Below are positions 12,701 through 27,700 of a DNA stretch of 64,000 nt, one piece after another. The stretch covers positions 1 to 64,000 of the forward strand of contig KZ538252.1 in the NCBI GenBank assembly GCA_000934665.2, read 5' to 3'. The number at the start of each line of letters is the position of its first letter. Positions within the stretch are counted from its first letter, which is position 1. The notes under the pieces were generated by a model that made no database searches, had not been told where the DNA came from, and saw nothing but the letters and a program-made list of their open reading frames with translations. The position numbers and the translations under genes were made by a program. The DNA is from Catajapyx aquilonaris. Taxonomy: Eukaryota.

Positions 12701-15700
12701 AATACTGAAATATTGAATACTAGCAGGGGACCCGTTCTTCGCACGGTGATTAATAAACAAAAGAAATCTGTGGCCCCATTGCCACAGATTCGACACCAAA
12801 ATTCATTTTAAAAACAAAAATATCTCAATTTTGGCTATTTAGGCTCAAAAAATGGCAGTTTGTGAACTTTTCCCTAAATCAGCAGCATGTACGACAGTGT
12901 GCTCAGTTTCAGGTCTCACAGTAGCCTGGAGTGGGTTAGGTAGGCGTGACATACACACATACGGACAAACTTTCCGATTTATATATGTAAGATCTTACAT
13001 ATTGAGTTATTGAATATTTGTTTAATTTAAAAAATTAAATTCGGAATATTTTTAAATGAAAAACTTACATTTGGAATATTTTAAAAATTAAATAATTACA
13101 TTTGGAATATTTCAAAAATTAAATAATTACATTTGGAATATTTGTAAGAATTAAATTTGTAGTATTTAAAAATTAAATGATGAAATTTGTAATATTTTTA
13201 AATTAAATAATTACATTTGTAATATTTTAAACTTAAATAATTACATTTGTAATATTTAAAAATTAAATAATTACATTTGCAATATTTTAAAATAATTTAA
13301 TTAATTAATTATTTATTTATTTTACCCCATTGGGAGAATCGGCTCTCCATTAGGGGGGTTAGAGGGCAAGGATATAAGGATATGGAAGGCAGGAAGCGGC
13401 TGTGGCCTATTATACGGAAGCGATCCCGGAATTGTCCTGCGGGGGGGACACCGTGGAAAACCACAGAAAACCACGGTCAGGGTTGTCGGCCCCGGGACTC
13501 GAACCCAGGACCTCCCAACCACCACACCAACCTGCTTCGGTAATAATTTAATTATTATATATTTAAAATCAATATATACTAATTTTAAAGTTACACATAC
13601 ATATATTTTTTTAAAAAAATTCAAATTTTTATTAATCTTTCCAACAATTTCGATCCCCCAACCCCCAAACCGTCGCTTAACAAGTTTTCCTTCTCCCAAA
13701 ATCGCAACTCTTTTTGGTACCATGCCAACAGCCATTCGCACTTGTTTCTCTATCGATTAGGCATTGCCCCCTTTCAAGATCCGCAAAACGCAACTATACC
13801 GAGGTCAACCTTCTATACTTTGTTGTCAACACTCAACACTTGAGCACACACACACACCTTCACTTCACTTCCCCCATCTAAGACTGGATGGAACTTGCAG
13901 CTATCTCTAATTTTAGTGTGGACAGAACTTGCCAATAGTTCCCCCCCCCCCACCCCACCCAAGCCCCATTCTTTTTTTAGTGGGACACACAGCAGTGTCC
14001 CAACGATCAAAACACACGCGTCATATACGAGGAATTCGGTCATGGTCAGACTGAGTCGTAATCGAAGGTGCCGCATTGCCAGGACTCCTGCCAAATAGGT
14101 GAAGTTCAGGATAGGTCAGGTGTTTGGTCCACCCCCCACGAAAATGTCAAGGTCATTGTCACAAACATCGCAAAAAAATGTAATGCCCACAATATTTTCC
14201 AACCAGTAGCGCCACGTGTGAAAATACTCGCCGAATAGTCTCACGTTTTCGGGGCGACGTGAAACTGACCGTGAAACTGGCCGAAAACGAACTTTTTTTT
14301 TACTTATAGTAAATTGCAGCAAAATGGCGGGTCAAAAAAAGCAGGTGTTGCTATACCCCGTCCAAGCTCATAAGACAGTCTAATGCCACCCTCTATGGAA
14401 ACCCTCATTTAACTGATTCGTCGTCAAATATTAACATCACTGTTATAACACACCCACTTTTTAAGTTCAAATCCAATATGTCGATCACGGGTCACTACAC
14501 ATTCCGGGAAGGGGGTGGTCACAAGTCCGTACTGGTGTTTGGCAAGAGGGCTTCTACGTATGGCATGCATGGCCGCGGGGACGCAGGTTCCCACAGTTTG
14601 TCTGCAGGGAACATGCGCAAAAGGAGGGGGGAGGAGGAGGGGAGAAGGGTGCAGATTGATCAGGTGGGTGGGGGAGATGGGGGAAGGAATGAGGGTGAGA
14701 GGGTGGGGGGGTGCACCCACAGCTCTTTTGCTATCAACAGAAAAGAGAATCCGGATTTACCCGGAGCTTCCCTGCACTGGACTGCGTAAGAGTACGGCCG
14801 GTACAGAATCTGGGCTTGCAGATGGCACTCCCGTACGATCTGCAGGAAGAGTAGGAGCAGTGCTGAGTGCTCCTCATACTGGCCCGCGCATGTGCAGTAG
14901 GTCCTACTGGTGGATGTTCCTCCTGTAGGTCCTACTGCACATGCGCAGGCCTGTGGGAGGAGCATCCTGCAGACTGGTCCTCCCACCAGCACGCGCATGT
15001 ACAGGACCGGAGAGCATCCTGCAGATGCGTACTAGAACCTACAGGAGGAGCATCCTGCAGACTGCTCCTCCCCCTGGCCCGCGCATGTGCACTAGTCAGA
15101 AAGTTGCCAACGTGTGACGTCCCATCGTCTCTGATTGGCTGGAGTAATTGTGGACTGTTCACGTAGGCCACTATCTTGCGTTTCTATAAATAGTGGCCGG
15201 CTCTGACCTCATAGTCGACACAGATTGGTTTGAATAGTAAGGGCCTTCTGGCTGCATCCAATCGGTGGTTGACCGTGACGTCAGTGCCGGCCACTATTTC
15301 CATACAAATGCAAGATGGCGGCCTACACAGTCCATAATTACTCCAGCCCAGAGGTTCCCAAACTTTTTGAGGCGTGGAGCACTTTTCAGGAGATATATTC
15401 GTGACGGACCACTAACATCATCGAAAAATTTCGGGGGGGGGGAGCGCCAAGCGGAAATTTTTGGGTTCAAGGTGACACAAGCTACTGAGAGATTTGAACT
15501 TATTGAAGAATTTCTTTTTTCCGCAACCTCTTCGAGGAGCACAGTTTGGGAACCTCTGCTCCAGCCAATCAGAGACGGCGTGACGTGACGTCACAAGTTG
15601 GCGACTTACTCGAGACTCTCAGGCCTACAGGTGGATGCTCATCCTGTAGGTCCTACTGCACATGAGCGGGCCAGTGGGAGGAGCACCCTACAGATGCGCA

Positions 15701-18700
15701 GTAGAATCTACAGGAGGGGCATCCACCTGTAGGACCTACTGCCAAGGGGTTATTCACTAAAGGTAGTCCGTGTACAGTACATCTTCGTAGGTAGTCCGAA
15801 GGGTATAGTCCGGGTAGTCCAGCATGGACTACCCGAGTAGTCCGAGTAGTCCAGGGGTAGTCCGTGTAGGCGAAAAATGTAAGTGAATAATTCCTTGCCT
15901 ACTGCATATGCGCGCGCCAGTGGGAGGAGCAGTCAGCAGGATGTTCCTCCTTTAGGTTCTATTGCGCATCTGCAGTGCTCCTCCCATCGGTCCTACTGCA
16001 CATGCGAGGGCCGGTGGGAGGAGCACCCTGCAGATGCGCCGGCGCAGAACCTACAGGAGTGCGCCTCCCACTGGCACGCGCATGTGCAGTAGGCCCTACA
16101 GGCAGATGCTCCTCCTGTAGGTCCTACTGCACATGCGAGGGCCGGTGGGAGGAGCGCAGTAGAACCTACAGGAGCATCCAAGGAGTCTCTTTACGGGCCA
16201 CCTGCAGAACCGACGCGACGCGACGACCCTTAACCTTTACATCCCACTGTAATGAAGTGTCCTGCCCATTCTTGCGGTTCGGTTCGATATGTTCATTTCC
16301 AGGGAACTACAGTACTGTACGACGCCTGTTAATAATTCAGATCTTGCACGTGTGCCTTTATTTTCTCCTCCACCCACCACACCCTGCCTCGCCATTCCTC
16401 GCACCCTGTTTTGGTCGGGAAGAGCTGTCATACCGCGTTAGAGGTGCAGACGACGACGGGAATTAATTTCTCATAAAGGATATTTTCCATGATCCCCGGG
16501 TATGGTGACAGGGAAGGCTTCCAGTTGAATGATGAATCGGGGAGAGGGGGGGACCCTGCAACTCTCTCGAAAAATGCGGTGCCGAAATCATTATAATTCC
16601 TGGGGAACGGGACAGAGCATTGTGGGCTCCCAATCGATTGGTTATTTCTGACCCACTAATTGAAAGGGTGTGCCCAACGCTGTTCTAATTATGCCATCTG
16701 TTGGCTGGACAAACACTCCTCTTCAAAAAAATAATTCCGGAAGCCTTCATTTGCAGAAATCAAAACCTGCGAGGCATTGTATGAAGTCCGTGGCAGTCTT
16801 CTAGAGACATCGGAAGCACTAGCTACCATATGTAATCTTATAAGGATTCTCATATTATAAAGTCTACACATAAGGTCCCTATTAAGTCCTCTATAATGGT
16901 CCCTGCAAGAGTGTAAGGTCTGTATTAGGTCCCTATAGGGACCCTGTAAGACCCCTAGGTGTCCGTAAGGCCCCTTATTAGGTCCCAATAAGGTCATTAG
17001 GGCCTTATAAAGTCCCTATAAGGGCTTTATAAGGTCCATGTAAGGGCCTTATAAGGTCCCTGTAAGGTCCTTAGATCCCTATGATGTCCGTATACGTCCT
17101 TATTAGGCCTCTGTAAGGTCCGTAGGTCTTTATTAGGTCCCACCAAGGTCCTTAGGTCCTGATTCGGTCCCTGCAAGACCCATATGAGATTCCTAATGGT
17201 CCATACAAGGTCCACCTCTAGGATCCTTATTGTATCCAGTGCTTCAGGTGGCTATAATCATTCATCAATTGTATGGTCCTCGTGGTGTCTCAGCTGGTCC
17301 ACAGACGTAACAGTAGCCTCCTCAGGACTGACAACTTCCTGAACTTCACCCCATCCGTGACAGCCCCCCAGGCTCGTCGTAAGGTTGTGGTGTGTTCTTG
17401 GCAGCCGCTCTTCGCAGCTGGACAACCCTATTCTTAGCCATCCGGTAGAGACGGGGGAGGGGGAGGTCACGTGCTCAAGAGTGATATTTTTCACTTCGGT
17501 GTGAAGGACAGAATGCTACATTGCACATTCGTTTTAGATACCCTGCTGGTACGGAATGCGACGTGTTGCGCAACGACGGTTTAGCACTGTCACCTAGTGT
17601 CGTAGATAAGTCATCTTCTGGACCACACAATGTTTCATAAGCTCCCAGACACGTGACGTATTCCCGTCGCCGTGACTTTGGGTGTGGTTATCAAGGCACG
17701 TGAACCATCGCATTAGCCCACTGACACTAAACCTTTATTGGCAGCCCTAAATCCAGCTCTGCCTGAAAATTTCACGAGGGACTAATGAAGCCACTAAGGT
17801 TCGACGTGTACACTTTTCAACCCTATATAGGAAATTGATCCACCAACCGTCCTATAGCTTGATCCTAGATCAGCTGACGGACAAAAGTCACACTCTCTGC
17901 AAGAATCGATATGAACCCGGTTGTAAAGGAAGAGCCCAGGCATATCTTCTGCTTCCAAGATGGATGCCGCGGTGAGCTGGTGGTCGCCACTTGCAGACTA
18001 ATTCCGGGACCATTATTTCAGGGCTTCCTGGACATTCATCACTCTCTGGAGGAATCCAGAGGGCTTCCGGATACCTCCGGCGCGAGGTGCATTCGGAGAG
18101 GTGATTGCCTCGTCAATTATTTCCCGGGACAGGAGATGGATGAGGTGCCACCTGGTGTCGGCGTCACTGAATCAACCAGCCACTTACAGGGTACGGGTAT
18201 TGTTTCTTAGCCTCCAGCAGGGCCCTTGGAGGATAAACAACAAACCAGCACTTAGCTCAGATGTGCTAGTGGTCGTCTGAAGGTCCTGCTGGAGGCTAAC
18301 AAACAACATCCATAACAAATCACGCGAGCGTGATTCGAGTGGATTTTTTCCTAATTTACAGGAAAACCGGAAGTGGCCGGAAGTTGCCGCTGAATCCGAA
18401 TCCGAAAACAGTGTGTCGCTATCTCGCACGGTTTAGGCTCTAATACGTGTCCACAGATATACATAGTTGTTCTGTGCCTTTTTCTTAAAGAGAGAAAATG
18501 TCAAAAACGAGTTAACTGGATATAGCAGTGGCCGGTCACTGGAAGTTGACCATGAAACCTATTCAGGGTCCACTGAATCCGAATCCGAAAACAGTTTGTC
18601 TCTATTTCGCACGGTTTAGGCCCTGACACTTGTCTACGGACGGACAGTCGCTCTATACGACATTGTTTTTTTTAAATGGCAAGTCACGCCGTGATTCGAG

Positions 18701-21700
18701 TAGACTTTTTCTCATTGTCAAATAAGTTCAAATTGGACAACGTGGAATGTTGTCAGTCTCTGGCTTCCGAAGGCCACCCACCTGGAGACTTGATCTTGGC
18801 GAATAGAGTGGACCCGGAAAACCGGAAGTGGCATGTCACTGGCAGTTGACCATTATGCTAATTAGGGTACGCTGAATCCGAATCCGAAAACCGCTTATCC
18901 AGTAATCTCTTGCGGTTTAGGCCCTGATACCTGTCCACGGACAGACAGTCGTTCTATAACTTTGAAAAAATGAGAAAACGTCTCAAACGGGCACACTGGA
19001 TATAAAACAGGCTCCCATTCTATAGTTAGGAAGCAACCAATGTGCTGAATCAATAGTAGCTGCACCCACTGACGCAACGTCAGTGTCCTTTTCAAGCCAA
19101 TTTCGACTTGGCACATTCATATCTGCCTTCTTGAAGTTTTCCAGCAAAAGTTTGGCCCACAAATCCTCTCATGGATATCCAGCGGATTACAGGAAAGGAC
19201 GTGTCTTCCCCAAAACTGCAATATTTCCCCCCTGCCATCCAAACAATGTCACGTCCGTTACGGTGCAACGCTCTAATCCACTTACGGACCAGCAGTTTGG
19301 GACAACGCAGAAATGTTCGCTTCCCCCTCCCCCCCNCCCCCCCCCCAAAAAAAAATGCAAGACTAATGAACCATACTGCGGACGAGGGGGTCAAGTTGCA
19401 GCATCAACTCTCCATGTGTGCGCACGTCATGTAACATTCATACGTACTGCTTTACAGCGGCTCTAAAACTCTCCCAACGTCAATACTAATTATCTTTTGA
19501 TTACTGTCCCGCTTACCCAATCAACGGACCCCTCGTCCATGTTGCCAAAGTCTGGACAAATGCTGGTGAAATCATCACTTAAAGCACTCCCCATTCACTA
19601 ATAGCTGCTATTGATCCCTCTGTTGCTTGGGATCCTCAAGGGGAAGGTCTTTGATATTGGGAGACCGAATGTGGCAGTGGTAGGGGCACGTTGTACCAAA
19701 CTACCCCATGAACCAAGGGGGTCGTCACTCCTCAAAAAAGTGTACACCGGCTCTCTTGAGTTGCGGCTCTCCTCGGCTCTCCCCGGGCTCACCAGCAGGC
19801 TCACCCACCGTCTTATGGGCTCACCGATGCCTCGGAGAGCCGCAGAGAGCCGAGGAGAGCCAACTACGTCACAACCCGCGGGGTTGATGATATGACGTAG
19901 TTTTCCCTCGGCTCTCCGCGGCTCACCAGTGAGGGTGTACACCGGCTCTCCGAAGTGACCATGAACCTTCCTTCCCTGCGGATACACCCGTCTTCAGCGG
20001 ATATACGCCTGACGCCTTTATTTCAGCTGATACCAGTCTAGGAAAGTAGGTAAAAGTACGAAATCTCCCGATATGAGAGCGTAACCTCTTCAAGGATATG
20101 TAGCCATGGATTGGTAGCCCATGAAGCATCCCTCATGAGCGACTCAAATCACGTTCGTTTGAGGAAACCTGCTGATTCCCGAATGGAAATGTCGTCGGCA
20201 GGCATCGGGTGCAACCAGGACCGCCCTGGGGAAGGATCCGGAAAACGTGGAGCGATTCCTAATTGCTACTTTTGATATATAAACAAACCAATAAGCACAG
20301 CTGCTGATCAACACTGACTGTAACTGCCATCTGAGAAGCCAACGGTCCTTCAGTAATCCGGACTAACGGACGACTTAATCTGTTCTCTCAGCCTGAATTG
20401 CCAGCTCGCACTTAATCGCTGATAATCTGCTTACTACCCAGCTAACACGATCTCCAATGAAGCGAAAGCCATTTTTGAGGCTTTCTGCAGAGGAGTTTTA
20501 GTCCGGATCAATTCTTGTGGAGGACTATATAGAAGCCCGTATTCCACGACTGGAGGGAGGAAAGTGATCTTGCTTCCAAAAAGGACTTATAGTAATTGCG
20601 CTCACCTTTGCGCGGTTTCTGGGGAGGTGGCCTAATGAGCAAGATTTCCACTCAAACGGGGCATGTCAGAGTCCCTTTGCTCATTCCCCGTGAAGATCCG
20701 CAACAGGAGGTGCTCGGGTATTGAGCTTTTCCCAGCAGCACCATCAAGGCAACTCAGCCGGCACCACCCCAGTGAAAATACCCACATGGCTCTCACGGGG
20801 GATCGTATGGAGATTCGTGCGCATGAAATCACCATGATATCAACCTATGACATTATGTGGATAATCCATGACATCATGTAGACACTCCATGACATCCCAA
20901 TGGATTATCATATGGATTATCCATAGAGATGTCATGGAGTGTCTACAGGATGTAATGGAGTGTCTACAGGATGTCATGGAGTGTCTACACTATACATGAT
21001 GTCATGGAGTGTCTACACTATACGTGATGTCATGGAGTGTCTACAGGATGTCATGGAGTGTCTACACTATACATGATGTCATGGAGTGTCTATATGGGCA
21101 CTCCATGACATCATGTAGTGTCATGGGCTGTCGCTAAGGATCTTGTAGTGCTACAGACACTCTCAGACAGTGGAGCAGTATTCTATACATGCTGATTCCC
21201 CTTCAACTTACCTTCAACAATGTGAGGATCTTCTGACTCAGCTCGTAGTCGAAGTTGGCGTACCTCGACTCAGTCATATCGTAGATGAAGACCAGCCCAC
21301 ACTTCTGAGTCTCGACGCTCTCTAGGGCGACGTCCAGTTGATATACGACACCCTGTACACAAAAAAAGGAAGAAGAAATCGATTGTAACTCCTCCTTTTA
21401 TGCTTCCGAAGAGCTCTCTTTCTAAGGTATCGTCAAGTTATGCGCTCCCAGACATGGTCAATACTTCCATTGCACATTCAACTCCCCCACCAAAAAATAG
21501 GGCAACAGTCTGACAATCCCACCGTTGGGGGCAAGGCTTTCTCCGAAATGAATGTAATGTTGGCTAGTCCCTGGGAAAATTGAACCCGTGCCAGAAGCTA
21601 TGCCATCCATTTCTGAAACCCTCATATTTCTATCACCGAAGCACTGCAGTGACACAATTCAATTTGTCGGTCCTGAAATGCACCCATGGTCTCAAAACTA

Positions 21701-24700
21701 AGGCTATGTCTATTAGGTCCAAAAAAATATTTGTTTTCGCCAAGTAATGTCCACATGGACTGCACTTATTGTATGTGGACTGTCCATTAATTGTATGGGG
21801 AACACGCGATGATTTCGTACCTACAGTACATTATCGAGGGTAGGAAATGGGGCTGCTTCTACACTCTCAAAAGCATACATCTTCCTGATTCGACAGGCCT
21901 GGAGAGAGCTTCTACACCACGAGTGGCTCAGGTGGTGTTCAAGTGACCCCTTCAGAAGCGAGAGCTCCACCCTGCACTCTCCAAAAACCGCTTTTAGCAT
22001 ACATATAGATACCCCGCCATAACTCAGCCCCCTCCCCATAATTCCGGAAAACCTGGTCCAAGAATAGGTCCTATCTCTATAGAATATCCACACAGGGAGA
22101 GGCTACAACTGCGCACTTTTACAACCGGCCATAACCCCACACTTGAGGCGATAATCCGCCCCCATAATTTTTGAGTTGAATAATTACCTGTGCCCCCAGA
22201 GTTTCCCCAATGGCTACGTGCAAGTTATGGCAGGGCATAAACCGAAATCACCTTAGTGGACACTGGGATGACCCTAGAGGGACTATAAACTGAACCTAGA
22301 ACATATCAGCTCAATTAGCACCCGAGATGCTACAAAACAAACAGAAAAGTGAGTTAAGAACTCAAAATTAATGTCCTCTCTTAAAAAATTGAAGGAAAAA
22401 TTGCACTCAAAAAAGTAGCAATTTCGCAACATGCTTTTTTTCAGTGAATTTCACTCCATAAAGATTTACTTCAACTCTAATCGAGTGGCAAATTACTCGA
22501 AACAAAAACGAAAATAACTAGGAGACTACTCTTTCTTGAGTGAAACCCATTTCGCTCATTTTGAGTGGTTTTTCGCTCTAATCTGAGTGGAAACTTCCCT
22601 CGAATTGAGTGAAAAAAATCATACAATCTGAGTGAAAAACTTTCATTCTCAAGTGATCCAGTAATTTCCACTCAAAAAGAGTAGGAGTCAAATCAAGTAG
22701 GTGAAAGAGTGAGAAATGTATCAAAACGAGTGAAAACGTCACTCAAACTAAGTGAAAAATCATTCAATCTGACCGTGAGTGAAATTTTCCACTCAAGTGA
22801 TCGAGTAATTTCCACTCAAAAAGAGTAGGAGTCAAATCAAGTCGGCGAAAAAGTGAGAAATGTATCAAAACGAGTGAAAACGTCACTCAAACTAAGTGCA
22901 AAATCATTAAACCTGAGTAAAATTTCTCCACTCAAGTGATCGAGTTATTTCCACTCAAAAAGAGTGGAAGTCTAATCAAGTAGGCGAAATAGTCAATCAT
23001 TCAAATCGAGTGGAAAAACACTCGAAATTTTTTAGAGTGTACAGTCGCGGAAATGAGTAAGTTAGCAGACCTGAAGCTTCCTAGAGCCACATTGTATACT
23101 GCTCCCAGAGCTTACAATATTACAAAAAATGGACTAACTGAATTATGCAGCTCTCTTCCAGCTTGAATACGGAAAAACTCTCTCAAAAACACCAAAAAAG
23201 TTTCGCCATGTCGGTTCCACCTCCCATTTAACTGCCAAATTTCCCCGGCCTTCTGCCGCTAGCATCCGCTCCATAAATCCCTGATAAACATTAGGCCTAG
23301 CTCCCATAAGGCTCGCGAAATGCTTACAGTCGGGCAGTTAGCCAATAGCAAGGCAGCTTCCTGGCAGCCACCCCAGTTACGTGCGACCAATCATGAGTTA
23401 CAGGTGGGTACGTCAGACCAATTAGAGTCCGATACGTCATCTGGGCCAATTAGGGTCCGACACTTCCGGCCAATCAAGATTCGGCAGTGTCCCTCGTGGC
23501 AGGGGTTTTCATGTGATGTGGAAATGGGCTTACCTGAAGTGTTGTCTTGTGTGAGGTTCGATGTGGAAAGTGCTGTCGGGCAGTGAACACAGCTACAGCA
23601 GCGCCTGTGGCATCGCGCGTGGGCTACACAGCAAAACAAAAGGATAACTAAGCCAAAACGCTATTGGTTCATCGTGTTTCATTGTGACCTCCCGGACTCC
23701 TGTGTATTAAAATCTTTAAAAACAAAACAAAAAAATGGCGTTACCAACATGCCCAAGTGTATTTTGTTTGCGTCCAATCTAGATGACAATTCCCCAGGAC
23801 CATCTGGTCCCCCTACCCTCCCAAACCAGAGGGAAGTTAGTTCATATACTTTGCTCCCAATCGATCTGGCCAAGGAAGCTGGGTATAGGTCCCTGAGGTC
23901 ACACGAGAAACTTCCAGCAGCCTTTAAAGGGAATCTGCCAGAAACTGAGGAAGGCCAAGGAACTGCTGGAACTGACAGGGTGATCCATGCAAATGCATCT
24001 CAAGTAGTAGATGCCAGTTCTAGGAGGCAGTTACATAAGGAAAAGTCCTACAGATTCTTCTGGTAGGGATGGTCAGGGCATGGGTCGCAACGTGCAAAGA
24101 ATTCCTTTAATTTAAAGGAATTCTTTGCATGTTGTGACCCATGCCCTGACCATCCCTACCAGAAGAATCTGTAGGACTATCCTTATGTAACTGCCACCTA
24201 GAACTCCTAGAACTTAAAAAAAAGTTCTATGAGTTCTAGGAGGCACAGTTACATAAGGAAAAGCCCTACGAATTCTTCAGGTAGGGGTGGTCAGGGCATG
24301 GGTCACAACATGCAGATAATTCCTTAAAAGGCCATCTTGCAGTATACAATCCCAAGAATGGTAACCTGAGGCTACCGTACTTCCTGCCCTCTTCTTCCCC
24401 TCAATATAGCGGTCTTTGGTTAGACATGCACACAAACAGAGCCGTCCAAATTGCCCTGGAAAGCCCAAGGGCTGGAAGCAAGAGGGTGAGTCGCTGGGGT
24501 TCTATCCTTAGAATGATGCTGGCAAAGGGAATGGGATGCTGAGAAGGATTTCCGTGCAGATGGCACCCCTGAGATGTACTGAATCATTCTCAGGGCTCCC
24601 CTTCTCCTAAAGTCATAGGAGACTCGTTTCCTGACTTGAGGATTAAAGCCTGGGGGACATTCGTTTCATTTTCCTTAGGATGGGGACCAGAATTGAAGAC

Positions 24701-27700
24701 AGAACGTCTATCGGTACCTTACCATTAATTCTACTGGTTTCCGCAGAAATCCGGCCAATCCCAACCGCCTCAAACCGTTACAATGTATCATTTCACCAGG
24801 TCACAAACACAGCATTCGAATGACGCCGACTAAATTAGCCGCAGCTATGAGTAACAGCCCGCGCCGGCAATTTCCAACTAATTAGCACGGCTAATAGGAC
24901 CAGGCACAACAGCGTAAATGAAACTGTTTTCGCTTCTACGGAAACCCTTTACTTCCAGGCAAAGTGCGCGTATTTCCAACCGCCTGTTGTATAGAACTCT
25001 CGGTTCGTTGATCGTAAATAACGGTTGAGACTTGTCGTGCCATTAGTAAGGAAGATCCTGGCATCGACAGACACCCAATCAGATGCCGCTAAACAGAGGA
25101 GTGAACCACTAAAATCGCGAAGTGGAGTTGCGGGTGGCGGCCATCTTGGATCGTTACCCGCCATATCAGTAACCGCTGAAGTGAAATCAATTAACTATTT
25201 GGGTCACTTCCATCGACGTCTGCACATATCTACGTTACGTAACCGATGTTCTTTTGTGTAACTTCCTCGAATGAAAAGGGGGCAATTCCTCACTTGCACT
25301 TTCCATTTGAGCGCCTCACAATAATGGATGTGCATTTATCACGCGATCGTCGAACCCTCTATATACCCACTGCTGGAATTATGCTGACGTTGCCCAGGAT
25401 TGAACCGGACACGATAAGCTATCGTATACCTGGGGATTAGCCCCTATTGGGATTTATGGCCCAGTCACGCTAGCCCTTCCTGCCCACCAATTTTGTACTT
25501 CACAAATACTTCCATGGAAAAAAGTTTGGAAATGACAATTATGCCTCCTTATTTACAGAACTGATCAGTTTCATGACTATAGTGTACAGGAATATTACTA
25601 GTCATATGCCAAATATGAAATAATATATGATTGGGCGTATAGGCTCGAATTTCCAGTTCACTGAAATACATATATGTACTATCAACACATGCTTAAATAA
25701 GCAATTTCACAGATAGCATTGTGCTCCACAATAATAGCTATAGTCATATCCAACAAGCAGCCAGCATTGTGCCAGTTACATGGTTGAATTACTCAAATTT
25801 GACCCTTGACATTTCTACGAATATTTCTATTCACATTATCCTTTTATGGAACAAAAATCACAAACTCTTTCTTTGATGTTCTCTCCAACAATATCTCCAC
25901 ATCTCAGCCTTTACCGTTACCTATACGCCTAACTCCAGCCCATAACTTTCAGTCTTTCCTACATGTAACCAAGATAAGGCTCAAATAATATCCTACCCAG
26001 CTTATTCGGCCGAAATCAAAATACCAGGTTTTCCTTCCATCGACAACACACCAACAATACTAATAAAAAGTTGCACGCCTCGTTTCCTCATTTCCCAGGC
26101 CATGTTCCGGAACTCCTATGGAGTGACTATAGTTCGCAGCTGGCCCGTTTTTTTTTGTATGTTCACACCATTGTTCCTCAACAATGTGCCTTCCTGAAAA
26201 CGGGACGTATCCCCACATAATTGAATCATATCCCGAGGGAGCCTATGCCTCCCCCAAATACCAATCGATTCCCTTATTAAAGTCAGATTAGTTCTGGAAA
26301 TGTCGGGGACTTATAATAGACCTCTACCTGGTACGGGACGCAATTAGGGCAGCTCCTGCTGATTCTAGGAAGGACTATAAATATTGTCGATAGAAATGGT
26401 GGGGGTGATGTTTACTACAATGCATACTCTACAACCAGAAAAGGTCAACAAAAAGTTGCTAGTACCACTGTTCTTCAACACTCAGGTCATACGTATAATA
26501 CCCTTTGACTATCATAATACCCTATAGGCCTATACTATACACGATGGCCTATACTAATACCTGATGACTACAACATACACATTATATCAATTCTGAACTC
26601 TACCATTCATACTGAACACGTGTAAGTTTTCACATCTTCAAATACAATGCAAAGGGTTTGAATTACTGTTCAAGTTCGATTTCCCATGCTGATGATAGAT
26701 CACTCGGGTCAGGCACCACCTGGCCTGCCCAACTCATCATCAGGGCGGCAATTCAAAAATCGGCCCAATAATGCCCCATTGAATGATATTCACCAACTGA
26801 CTGGCCAACTGTATTTGTGCTGGAGCGGTGCCTTCTCTGGCTCAGGGGCTAAATCGACTGGCGCCAGTCAAATGGGAGGCGCTTGTGTGCAGAGTGGTGG
26901 GGGGAATGATTGAATATGCAAAAAGCAATAACATGCAAAAAGCCTCCCCTTTTCCAGCGTGACATCGCGCTGGGGGAATGTCATTCCCTTTTCTGCCAAT
27001 GGAAACTTGGGCTTTTTTGTGTGTGGGGAGAAGCCAATGGTAATGTGGCCAATTCGCACCGAGCCATGCGGAAGTTCCAGAACCGATTTCTTCAATCTGC
27101 TTTTGCCTTGAGAAATACCTCTCAAATTGCGTGAAAATGGCTGCATGGGCATGTCAGAGCGCTTTTCTTTCTAACTCTACATTACTCTGCTACATGCATA
27201 ATTACACAGGCTAAAAACTGAGCACTGAGAGCTCACTACAAATGTTTTTCTCTGGATGGTAAAAAACTGCATATGTTACCATACTCACAAGTATCGTGAA
27301 CTTTCCAGTCACCAGCTCACTCTTGAGGGGGTCACGTGAAGGGTCGAATCTGTTGAGGCCCTCGGATGCCCTGGTAGCCTCGTGTTGCTCATACAGTGAC
27401 ACAGCTCTGTGCACGTCGAACTTTCTGGCCATCAAGAACTTGACAGCGGTGTTCCATGCCATGGGTCCTGCATGGCGCTGACGACGAAGGTTGTTCACCA
27501 CTTCGATGAACTCCTGTGTCGCCTGAAATGAAAATTGTGGAACATTAGTAAAGAACGCTGTTTATTACTAATATTTCTGCATCTACGTGGGAGGATCTAG
27601 AATTGCACGTGTCTCCATGGTGACTTGCTGACGTTCGTAGAAGAAAATCATATTCCGAAAGCCCTTCCACAAGTACTCTCTAAATCCTTTTCCAGGCTTC

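Larger units (their letters stand above)
14860..16210. repeat. GC-rich satellite-like array (CCTACTGCACATGCG..GTGGGAGGAGCATCCTGCAG) in both orientations, interrupted by nested insertions
   Basis: Multiple copies are visible at 14860-15095, 15620-15742 and 15898-16210. Confidence 0.8.

Noticed and set aside
25780..26100. Possible decayed LINE 3' end (ERVCDFC-like motif on the minus strand); similar vague remnants at ~17250-18300 and ~30200-31000
   Set aside because: Too many stops and no clear RT motifs, so it cannot be supported without a search.
27611..27624. X-box-like GTCTCCATGGTGAC in PTPN9 intron 1
   Set aside because: Isolated match far from any evident promoter; expected by chance in 64 kb.
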